A stretch of 64,000 nucleotides of DNA from Terriglobia bacterium (GCA_963664115.2 CAXWPJ010000009.1:960001-1024000); one strand, 5' to 3'. Shown: positions 20,736 to 31,941, numbered from the stretch's first letter. A program made the numbers and translations. Notes: generated by a model not told the origin, from the letters alone.

Positions 20736-21566
20736 ATGCAAGGTCAATTGGTCAGAGTGATTGGGGTCCTGATGTTGGTGCTCGTGAGTACCGTGGCGGC
20801 CGAGGCACAGGAGGGCGCGAACCAATTTGATCCACATGATTTCACAGGGATCTGGCTTATGGAACAGGGTGGTGGGCGAATGGGTGGCACTGTGCCTGAG
20901 CTGACACCTCAGGGCGCGGAGATTCTCAGCACGCGTATTCCATCACGAAGTGATGACAGAATTACGGTCACCAACCCGAGCCTTTCGAACTACCCGACTT
21001 ACCAATGCAACCCCGATGGTTTTCCGAATCTGCTTTTGGATGCCGAGCCCATCGAGTTCCTCATGCATGACGACAGGATCCTGCAACTCATCCAGTGGGA
21101 AGGCAGAACACGAGTACTCTGGACGGATGGGCGGGCCGTGCCCTCGGGCGAGAACCTCGAAAACCTTGGACCGGCGTGGTACGGACATTCGGTCGGCGTG
21201 TGGGAAGATGACACCCTTGTCGTCAACACGGTGGGTCTCGAACCCAGAGCCTGGCTCGACAGGCGGGGGCATCCCAAGAGCTTCCACGCGCGGTTCGAGG
21301 AGCGCTATCGTCGCGTCGATGCCAACACCATAGAACTTCAAATTACGGCGTATGATCCGGAAAACTACACCGCCCCCTGGGTCGGTAGTCTGAAAGTCTT
21401 CAAGCTCCTCCCACCCGAAGATTACACCTTTTTTGGGTGGACAGGGTTGTACTCCGGAATCACGGAATCCATCTGCGCGCCGATGGACGAGGTGCAGACT
21501 TACAACGACCGGTTTCGTGATCCTGGGGGCTCTGGAGTCGGGGAAGCAACGATAAACCAGCCATGA
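20736..21566 (+). CDS. Secreted 'WEGDTL' family protein
   Basis: CNPDGFPN, WYGHSVGVWEDDTLV, ESICAP; closest to 2122-2943. Confidence 0.85.
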   Translation: MQGQLVRVIGVLMLVLVSTVAAEAQEGANQFDPHDFTGIWLMEQGGGRMGGTVPELTPQGAEILSTRIPSRSDDRITVTNPSLSNYPTYQCNPDGFPNLLLDAEPIEFLMHDDRILQLIQWEGRTRVLWTDGRAVPSGENLENLGPAWYGHSVGVWEDDTLVVNTVGLEPRAWLDRRGHPKSFHARFEERYRRVDANTIELQITAYDPENYTAPWVGSLKVFKLLPPEDYTFFGWTGLYSGITESICAPMDEVQTYNDRFRDPGGSGVGEATINQP

Positions 21567-21641
21567 TTTCAGACAATGAATGTATGTGCGTCTCTGCCAC
21601 AGTGAGCTATAGGTGGAGTGACCTAAACGTGAGGAAGGGAT

Positions 21642-22130
21642 ATGAAGCTTGAAAAACGGATCGTGTTCATGGCCGCGCTGGTGCTCGCAGTGGCCATGCC
21701 GGCATTGGCACAGGTCGAGAAGGCCGCGATGCGGACCACGGGAATCTCCTGCGGTGTTTGCGCTGTCGTATCGGAGGTGAATATCCGACGCATCGAGGGT
21801 GTGGACGAAATCACCATCAGCATGTCCAACGAAACGCTGATGATTTCATATGAGCCTGACGCTCTTTTCGAATCCGTGGAGATTCGCAAGGTTCTCGAAT
21901 CGCTTGACGTTGAAATCACCGTGTTCCAGATCAGCGCGCGCGGCCGTGTCGAGGATCAGGGCGAAAAGCGAATTTTTGTCGCCGGCAGGAACCGGTTTGT
22001 CCTGGCAGCTCCCACTGGAAATGCACCCCGGGTTCCATCCGACACGCCGGTCGTGGTTGAAGCCGTCCTCAACGATCAACTCGATCCCATGGAACTGACC
22101 GTCATGGCCTTCAAGACGGTCCCGCAGTAA
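21642..22130 (+). CDS. Secreted heavy-metal-associated (HMA) domain protein
   Basis: Signal peptide; GISCGVC..IEGVDEITISM. Confidence 0.75.
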   Translation: MKLEKRIVFMAALVLAVAMPALAQVEKAAMRTTGISCGVCAVVSEVNIRRIEGVDEITISMSNETLMISYEPDALFESVEIRKVLESLDVEITVFQISARGRVEDQGEKRIFVAGRNRFVLAAPTGNAPRVPSDTPVVVEAVLNDQLDPMELTVMAFKTVPQ

Positions 22131-22172
22131 GCGCAAACCAGCAATAGACGCCACGCTGATTTCTCATGGGTG

Positions 22173-22210
22173 CGCGACATGCAAATAGAGCCGCGACGTG
22201 CAAATAGAGC
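22173..22210. repeat. 19-bp tandem duplication
   Basis: cgcgacatgcaaatagagc / cgcgacgtgcaaatagagc, one mismatch. Confidence 0.7.
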
Positions 22211-22303
22211 AATCTAGAGCAATGAAGGCGATGGAGTCGGGACCGACTCGGGCACAAGCGAAAAAACAGGCCACCAGTTCTGCGTATTGTTTGGGTAGGA
22301 TTC

Positions 22304-22344
22304 CGAAACCGGCCCTTCCTCCGATTGGAGAAGGGCCGGTTTCG
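22304..22344. terminator. Repeated terminator hairpin, copy A
   Basis: aaaccggcccttcctcc-gatt-ggagaagggccggttt; homologues at 24844, 33763 and 46774. Confidence 0.8.
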
Positions 22345-22387
22345 TTTTATACGACGGACAGACCGAAAGCGGCCTCGGCGGTGGAAG

Positions 22388-24559
22388 CTACTGGAAGGCC
22401 TCCGGGACGTTGAAGGTAAATATCGCGTTGTGCGTCTTGTCGGACACGATTACGTTCTGATTCCTGACATCGAGCGTGATGCCGCGTACGTCCTTCAAAA
22501 GGAAGTTCGGCCCGCCGATCGTCAACCGGGGCTCCACGGGACCGTCATCGAAGACACTCCACACACCCACGTAATCGTCCAGCCCGAATCGTCCGCCGCC
22601 TCCGACGTTTCCGAAAATCATCCCGCTCTCCGGATTGACGGTCATCCTCGAAGCTCCGGTATCCGTGATGACCCGGAGCGGCGGCGTGTTGCCCGAAGCC
22701 CTGCGGTCGAATATTCGGAGGTCACCCCCGCCTGAGACGATCATGAGATCGTGCACGGGGTCTATTGTTACCCGGCCCTCCCCACGCAAGCCCGTGTCGG
22801 GTCCTTCCAGGATACGGATGGGCGCCACGTCGCCGTCCGCGTCCCGGTCGAAGACCAGCACCCGGCGGACTTGAGGCACATAAATTTCTCCATTTACGGG
22901 ATCGATGGCCACCCGCTGACTGTTCACCAGTTGCGTGCGGGGTCCCATAATCTGTCGGACGGGCGCCGCGTCGCCATCCGCGTCCCCACGGAAAGTGAGA
23001 ATAGAAAAGTTATACCAACCGGGAACGAGAATTTCATCCCGCACCGGGTCGTAGGCCATGTCGTGAATGGTGCGCGTGAAATTTGTATTCTGTCCGGCAA
23101 TGGAGCGCGTCGCGTCTGTACTTCCATCCGCCAGCCTGGCGAATGCCGCAATCTGCGGGTGGCCCACTCAGTTGGAGCCCAGGATTTCTTCCCTCAGGGT
23201 GTCGTACGCGATCGTATGGACATTGGCGAGCATGGGCCCACGGGAGTCGGCCGGACCACTGCGAATCACGCGCTTGGGAGTGGCATCCCCATCCGCCGTG
23301 ATGTCATACACGGTTGCTGAGTGACTGCCCAGATTGGCGACCCACAGCTCGTCGTTTATCAGGTCTACCTTCACCCCGACAGGGTTTTTGATCAAGGAGT
23401 TGGGACCCTGGAGGACTCGAATAGGCGCGGCGTCGCCGTTCGCATCGGCGCTGTAAACCGTCACGGTGTGGCCGGTGTCGTTCGCGACGAAAATCTCGCC
23501 CCGGTCCGGATGCACCGCAATATCGGTCGGCCAGTTCAGCAAGGTGTTGGGACCCTGGATCACTCGTATTGGCGCGACATTACCGGCCCCATCCTTGCGG
23601 TAGACGGTAATGGAGGGCGGTTCGGTCCGTCCCGATCCCGGAATGTTGGCCAAGCGCGAGACGGGCCAGTTGGGTTTTCCAGTGCCACGATTGAAGACGG
23701 CCGGCGTGTCTTCGTCATAATAGCGATCCGCCGCCGTGCCCCAGTTGCTGACATAAAGCAGGCCCGTGTTCGGGTCCAGGGCGATCCCATGGGGATCGGC
23801 CATTCGGGTGGCCGGCCCCTGGATCAACCGCACCGGCGGCTCTTCGTCCTGGGCCGCTTTCCGAAAGACCGAGACCGCATGATCATCCTGGACGGTCATG
23901 AAGATTTCCTGGGTGGCTTCATCGATGGCCATCCGGACGGTCGTATGCGGCGTGGCGAGTTTCCGCTTCGGCGCCACATTGCCCTGGGCATCACGGCCCC
24001 ACACCGTCATCCAGTTCAAGGTGTCATTGTTGATGGCATAGATGTCGCCGCTTCCGGGGTCGACATAGATACCGCAAACGTATTCCAGGAAGGTGTCTTC
24101 TCCCTGAATGACCCGTCTGGGTTCGCTGAACGCTGCGGTTGGCGGTGTATTCGTATTTCGGTCGTAGACGACGATGCTGAAATTGTTCTCGTCCCCAGCG
24201 ACAAGTTCATTCCGGATGGGGTCGATGTCAATGGCTGCAAACACATGACGGGAGTCATGAATCGTACGGATCGGCGGCCTTGTCGCCACCGCCGCCTTGA
24301 CCGCTTCACTCGGCCGGGGGGGCGGGTCCGTAGCTGCCGCCGCTTGCCCGGCGCCTTGCACCAGTGCCATCAGATTCTCTGGCGTGCGGGCCCCAGCCAT
24401 CAGAGTTTCCGGGCCGACTTCGGGCGTTCGTTCCTCCCCAATTAAATTCGTCTGCCCGTTTCCGTCCGGCCCCAGCTGCTCGTGTTGAGGCAGCGCGCCC
24501 ACGGTCACCGACAGACATAAAATCAGTGTGATCACTAAAACCCACTGCCGTGCTTTCAT
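22388..24559 (-). CDS. Putative secreted beta-propeller selenoprotein, copy 1 (723 aa, Sec464 at 23168-23170)
   Basis: ORFs 23168-24574 and 22388-23167 abut in frame across TGA (ILGSN*VGHPQ); GGAGG RBS, signal peptide, ~12 NHL-like repeats; hairpin 3' of the UGA; terminal stop TAG. Confidence 0.85.
23125..23167 (-). promoter_or_regulatory. Putative bacterial SECIS element, copy 1
   Basis: UGA-GUGGGCCACCCGCAGAUUGCGG-CAUUCGCC[AGGCU]GGCGGAUG; 30 nt separate the UGA from the loop. Confidence 0.75.
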
Positions 24560-24612
24560 CTCAGTCCTCCGCAATTCCCGAGGGTTAATTTTGTGGACAC
24601 TTCGTGTTGCTG

Positions 24613-24642
24613 ACCTTAGGGTCTTTCAATCTTTTCTGTCAA
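24613..24642 (-). promoter_or_regulatory. Sigma70 promoter of copy 1
   Basis: TTGACA-N18-TAAGGT, conserved upstream of copies 1-3. Confidence 0.7.
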
Positions 24643-24843
24643 GCACTATGGAGTGACCTTTGTTCAAGATGGCAAGGCGTTCAGCGATGCGCTCAGTGAC
24701 TGCGGCTACCTCGGCATTCCCGGGCGGAACCTGTAGCAGCACGCGGACGAATGAAATCAGATACGTGTGCTTTTCCTACGCGTTATCAGGTGGGAAGCAC
24801 CGGGAAACAACGCTACGAAGCGCCATCCGTGATTGGAAGGTGG

Positions 24844-24882
24844 GAGACCGGCCCCGCCTCCGATTGGAGACGGGCCGGTTTC
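24844..24882. terminator. Repeated terminator hairpin, copy B
   Basis: gagaccggccccgcctcc-gatt-ggagacgggccggtttc. Confidence 0.75.
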
Positions 24883-24925
24883 TTTTTAGACAACGGCAAA
24901 CCGAAAGCGGCCTCGGTGGCGGAAG

Positions 24926-27142
24926 CTACTGGAAGGCCTCCGGGACGTGGAAGGTAAATATCGCGTTGTGGGTCTTATCGGACGCGATTACGTTCTGATT
25001 ACTGACATCGACGGCAATGCCACGGACGTCCTTCAGGAGGACGTTCGGACCGCCGATCGTCCACCGGGGCGGAACGGGACCGTCATCGAAGACGCTCCAC
25101 ACACCCACATAGTCTGACAGGCTGTATCGCCCCATGAGGGATCGGACTTCGGGAGGCAGTTCAGGATCTGGCTCGATATCCATAGATCCAGTTGCGAACA
25201 TCATCCCGCTCTCCGGATCGATAGCCCGGACCCCACCGCCACCTTCGATGAACCGGAGCGGCGGGGTGTTTCCCGAAGCTGTGCGATCGAAGATTCGGAT
25301 GCCGCCGCCACCCGAGACGACCAGGAAACCGTGCACGGGGTCGACCGCTACCCGGCCCTCCCCACGCAAGCCCGTGTCGGGTCCCTCCAGGATCCGGATG
25401 GGCGCCACATCGCCGTCCGCGTCCCGGTCGAAGACCAGCACCCGGCGAGGTTGAGGAACGAAAATCTCTCCGTTTACGGGATCGACGGCCACGCGCTGAC
25501 TATTCACCAGTTGCGTGCGGGGTCCCATAATCTGGCGGACGGGCGCCGCATCGCCATCCGCGTCCGCGCTGAATGTGAGAATAGAAAAGTTATACCAACC
25601 CGGTACGACGATTTCATCCCTCACCGGGTCGTAGTCCATGCCGTGAATCGTACGGCTGAAGAGCGTGTTTTGTCCTGCAATGGACCGTGTCGCCTGTGTG
25701 CTTCCATCCGCCAGCCTGGCGAATGCCGCAATCTGCGGGTGGCCCACTCAGTTGGAGCCCAGTATCTCCCCTCTCCGGGAGTCGAACGTGATCGTATGGA
25801 CGTTGGCGAGCATGGGTCCGCGGGAGTCGGCGGGACCGCTGCGAATCACGCGCTTCGGGGTGGCGTCCCCGTTGGCCGTAATGTCGTACACGGTCGCGGA
25901 GTGACTGCCCAGATTCGCAACCCACAGCTCGTTGTTCGTCAGGTCGACCTTCACGCCGACAGGGTGTTGGATCAAGGTGTTGGGACCCTGGAGGACTCGA
26001 ATAGGAGTGGCGTTGCCGTCCGCACCGGCGCTGTAAACCGTCACGGTGTGGCCGGTGTCATTCGCGACGAAGATCTCGCCCCGTTCCGGATGCACCGCTA
26101 TATCGGTCGGCCAGTTCAGCAAGGTGTCGGGACCCTGGATCACTTGCAATGGGGCGACGTTGCCGGTCGCGTCCTTGCGGTACACGGTAATGGAGGGCGG
26201 CTCGTTCCTTCCCGATCCCGGAATGTTGCCTTCGCGCCCGGCCGGCCAGTTGGCTTTTCCATCTCCCTGACCTCTCGTGGTCAACCCAAGGTCATAGTAG
26301 CGGTCCGCCACCGTGCCCCAGTTGGTGACGTAAAGCAGGCCCGTGTTCGAGTCCACGGCGATCCCGTGAGGATCGGCCAATTGGGTGGCCGGCCCCTGGA
26401 TCAGCCGCAGCGGCGACTCGTCGTCCTGAGCCGTTTTCCTGAAGACCGAGACCGCATGGTCATCCTGGACCGTCATGAAGATTTCCTGGGTGGCTTCATC
26501 GATGGCCATCCGGACCGTCGTGTGGGGGGTGGCGAGTTTCCGCTTCGGCTCCGCATTGCCCTGGGCGTCACGGCCCCACACCGTCATCCAATTCAAGGTG
26601 TCATTGTTGATGGCATAGATGTCGCCGCTCCCCGGGTCGACATAGATGCCGCACACGTATTCCAGGAAGGTGCTGTCTCCCTGTATGACCCGTCGGGGTT
26701 CGCTGAACGCCGCGGTCGGAGGTGTATCCGTCATCCGGTCGTAGACGACGATGCTGAAATTATTCTCGTCGCCGGCTATCAGTTCATTCCGGACGGGATC
26801 GATGTCGATGGCGGCAAACACATGCCGGGCGTCATGGATAGTCCGGATCGGAGGTCGTTGCGCCACCGCGGCCCTTTCCGCCTCACTGGGCCGGGGGGGA
26901 GGCCCCGTTGCTGCTCCCGTTTGCCCGGCGCCTTGAACGAGCGCCATCGGATTCTCTGGAGCGCGGGCCGCAGCTATGAGAGTTTCCGGGGCGGCCATCG
27001 GCTCCGCGGAAACGAGGCTGGCCTCCCCTGTCATTGTTGTCTGCCCGTCTCCGCCCGGCTGCAGCTGCTCGTGTTGCGGCAGCGCGGCCACGGCCACCGA
27101 CAGACATAAAACCAGTGAGATCATTAGAACGCACTGTTTCAT
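24926..27142 (-). CDS. Putative secreted beta-propeller selenoprotein, copy 2 (738 aa, Sec465 at 25748-25750)
   Basis: In-frame ILGSN*VGHPQIAAFARLADG; SECIS-like hairpin at 25705-25725 identical to copy 1; terminal TAG. Confidence 0.85.
25705..25747 (-). promoter_or_regulatory. Putative SECIS element, copy 2
   Basis: Identical to copy 1 in sequence and spacing. Confidence 0.75.
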
Positions 27143-27192
27143 CTCGGTCCTCCTGAATTCCTGGTAGTTAATTTGTTTTCACTTGGTTGCCG

Positions 27193-27222
27193 ACCTTAGG
27201 TTGTTTCAATCTGTCCTGTCAA
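27193..27222 (-). promoter_or_regulatory. Sigma70 promoter of copy 2
   Basis: TTGACA-N18-TAAGGT. Confidence 0.7.
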
Positions 27223-27652
27223 GGATTATGGCCTGTGGCGCAAAGACCCTGAGCTCAGCCCCTCGAAATACGATCCCCGCGCCACCGCTTACCGTAGAAA
27301 CGGCATCCGAGGCAATACGCCTGGCCGAACCCCATCGTCTCCGGTGCTAAACCCTCAGGGCCACCGAGTTTTTCAGGATTTGCTACGTTCAAACTGTTGC
27401 GATTACTTGCCTCAAAATCTGAGAGTCGGGAAGTAGCGTCTCTGGTAGCGTCTCTGATCGCTTCTTTTTCAGTCCTGACTATGATATACGATACCCAGGT
27501 ACCACGATGTATCCGGCTTTTCGTGGACCGCCACCGCCATGGTGGGCGTGTGGTCTCTCCCTGATCGCATCAGTTGTCCCAATGGGGGGCACAGGTTGGG
27601 GGAGCTTGAGTATTTGGTTCTTAAATTGAGTAGATGGAGTTAAGGAGGAGGA

Positions 27653-30600
27653 ATGAGAATGCGACCGATTAGATTGATGTTTGGGATGATCGCCGTCCTT
27701 GCGCTGAGTTCGACTGCGTTTGGACAGGCCACAGCTCAAATTAGCGGCACCGTGCAAGACGCGACGGGCGCGCTAATTCCGGGCGCGGAAGTGACAGTGA
27801 CTCAAATTGACACCGGTGCGAACCGCCTGGCGGTGACCAACGAAACCGGATCCTACGTTCTAACCAGTCTGCCAATTGGCCCCTATCGGCTTGAAGCAGT
27901 CTTGCCGGGGTTCCAGACCTTTGTCCAGACGGGAATCGTCCTGCAGGTCAATGGCGCACCTGTCGTCAATGTCACCCTCAATGTGGGTCAGGTCACGCAA
28001 ACCATCGAGGTGCAGGCGAACGCGGCCATGGTCGAGACCCGCACCGTCGGGGTCGGCCAGATGATGGCTGGCGCGCAGCTGCTGGAACTGCCCCTCAACG
28101 GGCGCAACGCCACCGAGCTGATTCTGCTCTCGGGGGGCGCCGTCGACATGGGGGAGACTTCCAACACGTCTTTCGCCGGCAGGCTGCGGGTCTCGGTCGG
28201 GGGTAGCCAGGGTTATGGAACGATGTACAGTCTCGACGGAATCCAGCACTATTCTCCCTACGACGGCGTGGGCCTGCCCCTGCCGTTTCCCGATGCGCTG
28301 GAGGAGTTCCGGGTCGAAACCAGCGGGCTCACGGCAAAGAACGGGCGATCCGCCTCGGTGGGCGCGGTGACAAAGTCTGGGACGAATCAATATCACGGCG
28401 ACCTGTTCTGGTTTGTCCGCAACGACCTGTTCAATGCCCGACATTATTTTGCGGACAAGGGCAGCACGCTCAAGCGCAACCAGTATGGCGGCACGATCGG
28501 CGGACCCATTCTCCAGAACAAGCTCTTTTTCTTTGGTGGCTACCAGGGCACCATCACCGTACAAGACCCGGCGGACACGCGGTCCTTCGTTCCTACTGCG
28601 GCGATGATGGCCGGCGATTTCACAGAGTACGCTTCCGCGGCTTGTGCGGGCGGGGGGGGGACCACTCTCAATGCACCTTTCGTCAACAACCGGATCGATC
28701 CGGCACTGTTCAGCCCGGCGGCGGTGAACCTTGCTGGGCGTATTCCGAGGTCAACCGACCCTTGCGGTGAAATTACCTACGGGCAAAGGGAAGACATTGA
28801 CCTGGCGCAGCTCGTTTCGCGGGTGGACTATGAAATTAACGACTCGCATTCCATGTTCGGGCGGTTTCTATATGACTACGATGACCGACCCAGCGCCTTA
28901 TCGCACACCCCGGACTTCGCCTTGAACTCAAACACGAGGAGCTTCAACAACCACGCCACGGCGTTCGCCTTCGGCGTCACCTCTCTGTTCGGTGGGACTA
29001 CAGTGAACTCGTTCCGTATAGCGGCCAGCAAGACGAACGTCCAGCGCGGCGGGGAGGAGTTTTTCAGCGCCTCCGATCTTGGGGTTCAAAATCACTTCAC
29101 CTATGTCCCGAATTTCATGACCATAGTGATGGACGACGGGTTTGATATCGGCGGCAGGAGCATCGCGAGGGCCCGCTTCAGGACTACCTTCCTCCAGCTG
29201 GCTGACGATGTGCAAATGGTCAAGGGCAACCATCAGGTTTCGTTCGGCGGAAGCATCGGGCATGCGCATCTGGTCTATCGACCCACTCCGAATGCCCCGG
29301 GCATTTTCGAGTTCGACGGTGGGACTACCGGCTTGGTCCTGGGGGACTTCCTCCTCGGGAACTTGGCCGAATACAGGCAGGGCGCCCCCACCAACAATGT
29401 TCTCAGGCAGACCCAGACTAACCTGTATGTGCAGGACGTCTGGCAATTGACACCCCGGTTGACGGCCAATTATGGCATCCGCTGGGCGCCCAATATACCG
29501 ATGCGGGATCAGACCAATCCGGTGGCGGCCGTGATGACGTTCAATATGGACAATTACCGGGCGGGGATCGTGAGCACCACCTACCCGAATGCTCCGGCGG
29601 GTCTGCTCTACTCTGGCGACGCCGGTTATGAGCTTTCGAATAGGGAGGTCATGCTGCCGAATTGGACAAATTTTGGACCGCGTCTGGGCCTGGCCTGGGA
29701 CGTGACCGGAGACGGCCGCACATCGCTCAGGGCATCTTACGGGATCACTACAGACGAATTCCCTCTGCGGTTGCGGGGCGGGAACTCGACCGGGCAAGCG
29801 CCGTTTGGTAATGACATCAGACAGGATACACCGGGGGGGGGCTTCGACAATCCATGGCGGGACTATCCGGGCGGGAATCCATTCCCGACATCACTGGGCC
29901 CCGATGCGCTATTTCCGTTCGAGGACGCGGACTATGAATCGCAGCCAGCTCGTGTTCCGCCGACCACCGTGGGTTCGTGGAATATCAGTCTCCAGAGGGA
30001 GCTTGCGACAGACTGGCTTCTGTCGGCGAGCTATACGGGAAGCCAGATTTACCATCTCTGGGGCATGAACGCTCTCAATGACGGAATCTTCGTTCCGGGC
30101 GAAACTGATGCGAACGGAAACTGTACTTTTGGAACCTATACGTTCAAGGCGGATAGCCGCGGCCGGGAAGGCCGCGATTGCTCCACCCGGAGTGGGAGCA
30201 ATGTTGATCTGCGGCGGACCTTGCGCATGATAGATCCGGTGGAGGGAGTGCAAATTGGACAACTGGGGGAATATGACTATGGCAACACCCAGAGCTACAA
30301 CGCCATGATCGTCTCCCTCGAGCGTCGCGCCGCGGACGGCGTGACCATGACCGGCAACTATACCTGGTCTCACTGCGTCGGTTACTTCGGGGGCCGGGCC
30401 GCCACCGGGACCAGTTTAAGAGTTCGGGACACCTTCCGGATCAACAACGACCGCAGTTTCGATCGCGGCAATTGCGTTCAGGACGTGCGGCACACCATGA
30501 ACCTCAGAGGCGTGGCCGAAACTCCCGAATTCGCTAATTCAACGCTGCGAGCCGTGGGGTCGGGTTGGCGGATGGCGCTGATCTACCGGGTGAGGTCAGG

Positions 30601-31003
30601 CTCCACACTTGCCACAAGCACGGGTACTGACCGCGCCTTGACCGGCCAGCACCGAACAATCCAACGGCCCGACGTGGCCGGGTCACCGTACACCGGCGAT
30701 TCCGGGCCCGGTGCTCGATACCTGAGCACGGATGCGATCACGCAGCCGGCTAGTGGCACGCATGGCAATTTGGGCTGGAACGCCCTCTATGGCCCCACGC
30801 AATGGCAATTCGACGTGGCCTTGACCCGGTCATTCCAGCTCACCGAGGCGCAGAGTGTTGAGTTCCGAGTCGAAGCGTACAACCTGACCAATAGCTTCCG
30901 GGCCTCGAATCCGGCGGTTCGCCTCAACATAAGCACTTTCGGAGTAATCCGAGACTCTGATGACCCGAGGATCTTGCAGTTCGCGATTAAGTACGTCTTC
31001 TAA
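27653..31003 (+). CDS. TonB-dependent receptor, Oar/Acidobacteria type with carboxypeptidase-regulatory-like N-domain
   Basis: 1116 aa; ISGTVQDATGALIPGA; LELPLNGRN; KSGTNQYHG; RNQYGGTIGGP; C-terminal PRILQFAIKYVF. Confidence 0.92.
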   Translation: MRMRPIRLMFGMIAVLALSSTAFGQATAQISGTVQDATGALIPGAEVTVTQIDTGANRLAVTNETGSYVLTSLPIGPYRLEAVLPGFQTFVQTGIVLQVNGAPVVNVTLNVGQVTQTIEVQANAAMVETRTVGVGQMMAGAQLLELPLNGRNATELILLSGGAVDMGETSNTSFAGRLRVSVGGSQGYGTMYSLDGIQHYSPYDGVGLPLPFPDALEEFRVETSGLTAKNGRSASVGAVTKSGTNQYHGDLFWFVRNDLFNARHYFADKGSTLKRNQYGGTIGGPILQNKLFFFGGYQGTITVQDPADTRSFVPTAAMMAGDFTEYASAACAGGGGTTLNAPFVNNRIDPALFSPAAVNLAGRIPRSTDPCGEITYGQREDIDLAQLVSRVDYEINDSHSMFGRFLYDYDDRPSALSHTPDFALNSNTRSFNNHATAFAFGVTSLFGGTTVNSFRIAASKTNVQRGGEEFFSASDLGVQNHFTYVPNFMTIVMDDGFDIGGRSIARARFRTTFLQLADDVQMVKGNHQVSFGGSIGHAHLVYRPTPNAPGIFEFDGGTTGLVLGDFLLGNLAEYRQGAPTNNVLRQTQTNLYVQDVWQLTPRLTANYGIRWAPNIPMRDQTNPVAAVMTFNMDNYRAGIVSTTYPNAPAGLLYSGDAGYELSNREVMLPNWTNFGPRLGLAWDVTGDGRTSLRASYGITTDEFPLRLRGGNSTGQAPFGNDIRQDTPGGGFDNPWRDYPGGNPFPTSLGPDALFPFEDADYESQPARVPPTTVGSWNISLQRELATDWLLSASYTGSQIYHLWGMNALNDGIFVPGETDANGNCTFGTYTFKADSRGREGRDCSTRSGSNVDLRRTLRMIDPVEGVQIGQLGEYDYGNTQSYNAMIVSLERRAADGVTMTGNYTWSHCVGYFGGRAATGTSLRVRDTFRINNDRSFDRGNCVQDVRHTMNLRGVAETPEFANSTLRAVGSGWRMALIYRVRSGSTLATSTGTDRALTGQHRTIQRPDVAGSPYTGDSGPGARYLSTDAITQPASGTHGNLGWNALYGPTQWQFDVALTRSFQLTEAQSVEFRVEAYNLTNSFRASNPAVRLNISTFGVIRDSDDPRILQFAIKYVF

Positions 31004-31022
31004 GAAACTGGAAGAGATCCAT

Positions 31023-31095
31023 AGCCGGTTATCCGGGGCTCTGGCGAGAGTTCGAAAAACTTCGGTCTCGCTAGGGCCGGATAACCGGCTTTTTT
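31023..31095 (+). terminator. Long hairpin terminator
   Basis: 14-bp IR agccggttatccgg/ccggataaccggct plus an inner stem, followed by a T-run. Confidence 0.7.
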
Positions 31096-31941
31096 AGTTC
31101 AATCGTTCTAACGCGGACAGCAGTGATCGATCCGCGGCTCTCGCCCATTGCGTCATCGGGCGGGCGAGTCCGGGCGAACGAGCGTAGAAAGCGCCACCTC
31201 ACTCGCAGTTGTGAACTTCCTCTCGCAATCGGGCGAATGCCTCGCACCACAACGCCACAGCGCAAAACTTTTACGCATTGCAAGAATTGAATGCGGCGAC
31301 ATACAAGACGAGACCCTCCTGGTTCTTCTGGCAAGTTTGCAGCCACTTTTGAAACTCGAAAACAGAACCCGAAAAGTGAGAAATTGAACTGCGATAGGCG
31401 GCTGTGGTATTTCGAAGGCGAATTCTGATCGATTAAAACTGCACCGCCATTCCTGAAAGTTATTTTCGAATCCGACTCACTCAAATCAGAAGTTTCGAAA
31501 CTTAAATCAGCATGCCTCAAGGTGGCTTCGACATTTTGAAAGATGGCAACACGATTCTGAAACCGCAAACCGTTCCTGAAATACAACAAACCATCCGCGC
31601 ACAGGTGTAAATTAAGAATTTTTACCCAGCTTCGAAGCATGAGTGCCTCGATGAGACAACGGGAGGTCTAATACGACACCTGGGCCCTGAAAAGCAGGTT
31701 GATCGGCGTCTGATCCGTTTAAAGCATACATTGCGAAAGGTTTGTAGAAGCGGCCACGTGGTAGGGACGCGACTTGTGATGCCGGCTGATTCTCACTGTC
31801 CGACAATCTTGTCGGACGTTGAGAAATCCCGTATTCAGTGAAAAATTGTTATCTAGTTCCAGATAATTGTAGTTATCCCGCCGAATACTGACAACGTAAG
31901 ACACGTTCTAAATAACATGACATCCGTGCTATCGTGGTAAC

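Noticed and set aside
23160-23175. Two translationally coupled genes (TGA-GTG), or a shared nonsense mutation
   Set aside because: The break lies inside a repeat unit, the second half lacks an RBS and signal peptide, and the divergent copy 4 keeps both the UGA and a covarying hairpin. Not formally excluded without selABCD evidence.
25331-27109. Long antisense ORFs (also 4116-5483, 23321-24445, 61172-62629 and others)
   Set aside because: Shadow frames of GC-rich real genes on the opposite strand, with no recognisable motifs.
27230-27652. Riboswitch (cobalamin or TPP) upstream of the TonB receptor
   Set aside because: No B12-box or complete TPP core could be recognised, only a 12-bp tandem gtagcgtctctg. 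An Rfam scan would settle it.
31071-31640. 189-aa minus-strand ORF
   Set aside because: No recognisable motif or RBS, and it runs into a terminator; possibly degraded foreign DNA.
31788-31830. Palindrome gtccgacaa-tc-ttgtcggac and related motifs near 32645-32725 as ends of an element carrying higBA
   Set aside because: Similarities are short, and no target duplication or consistent termini could be defined.
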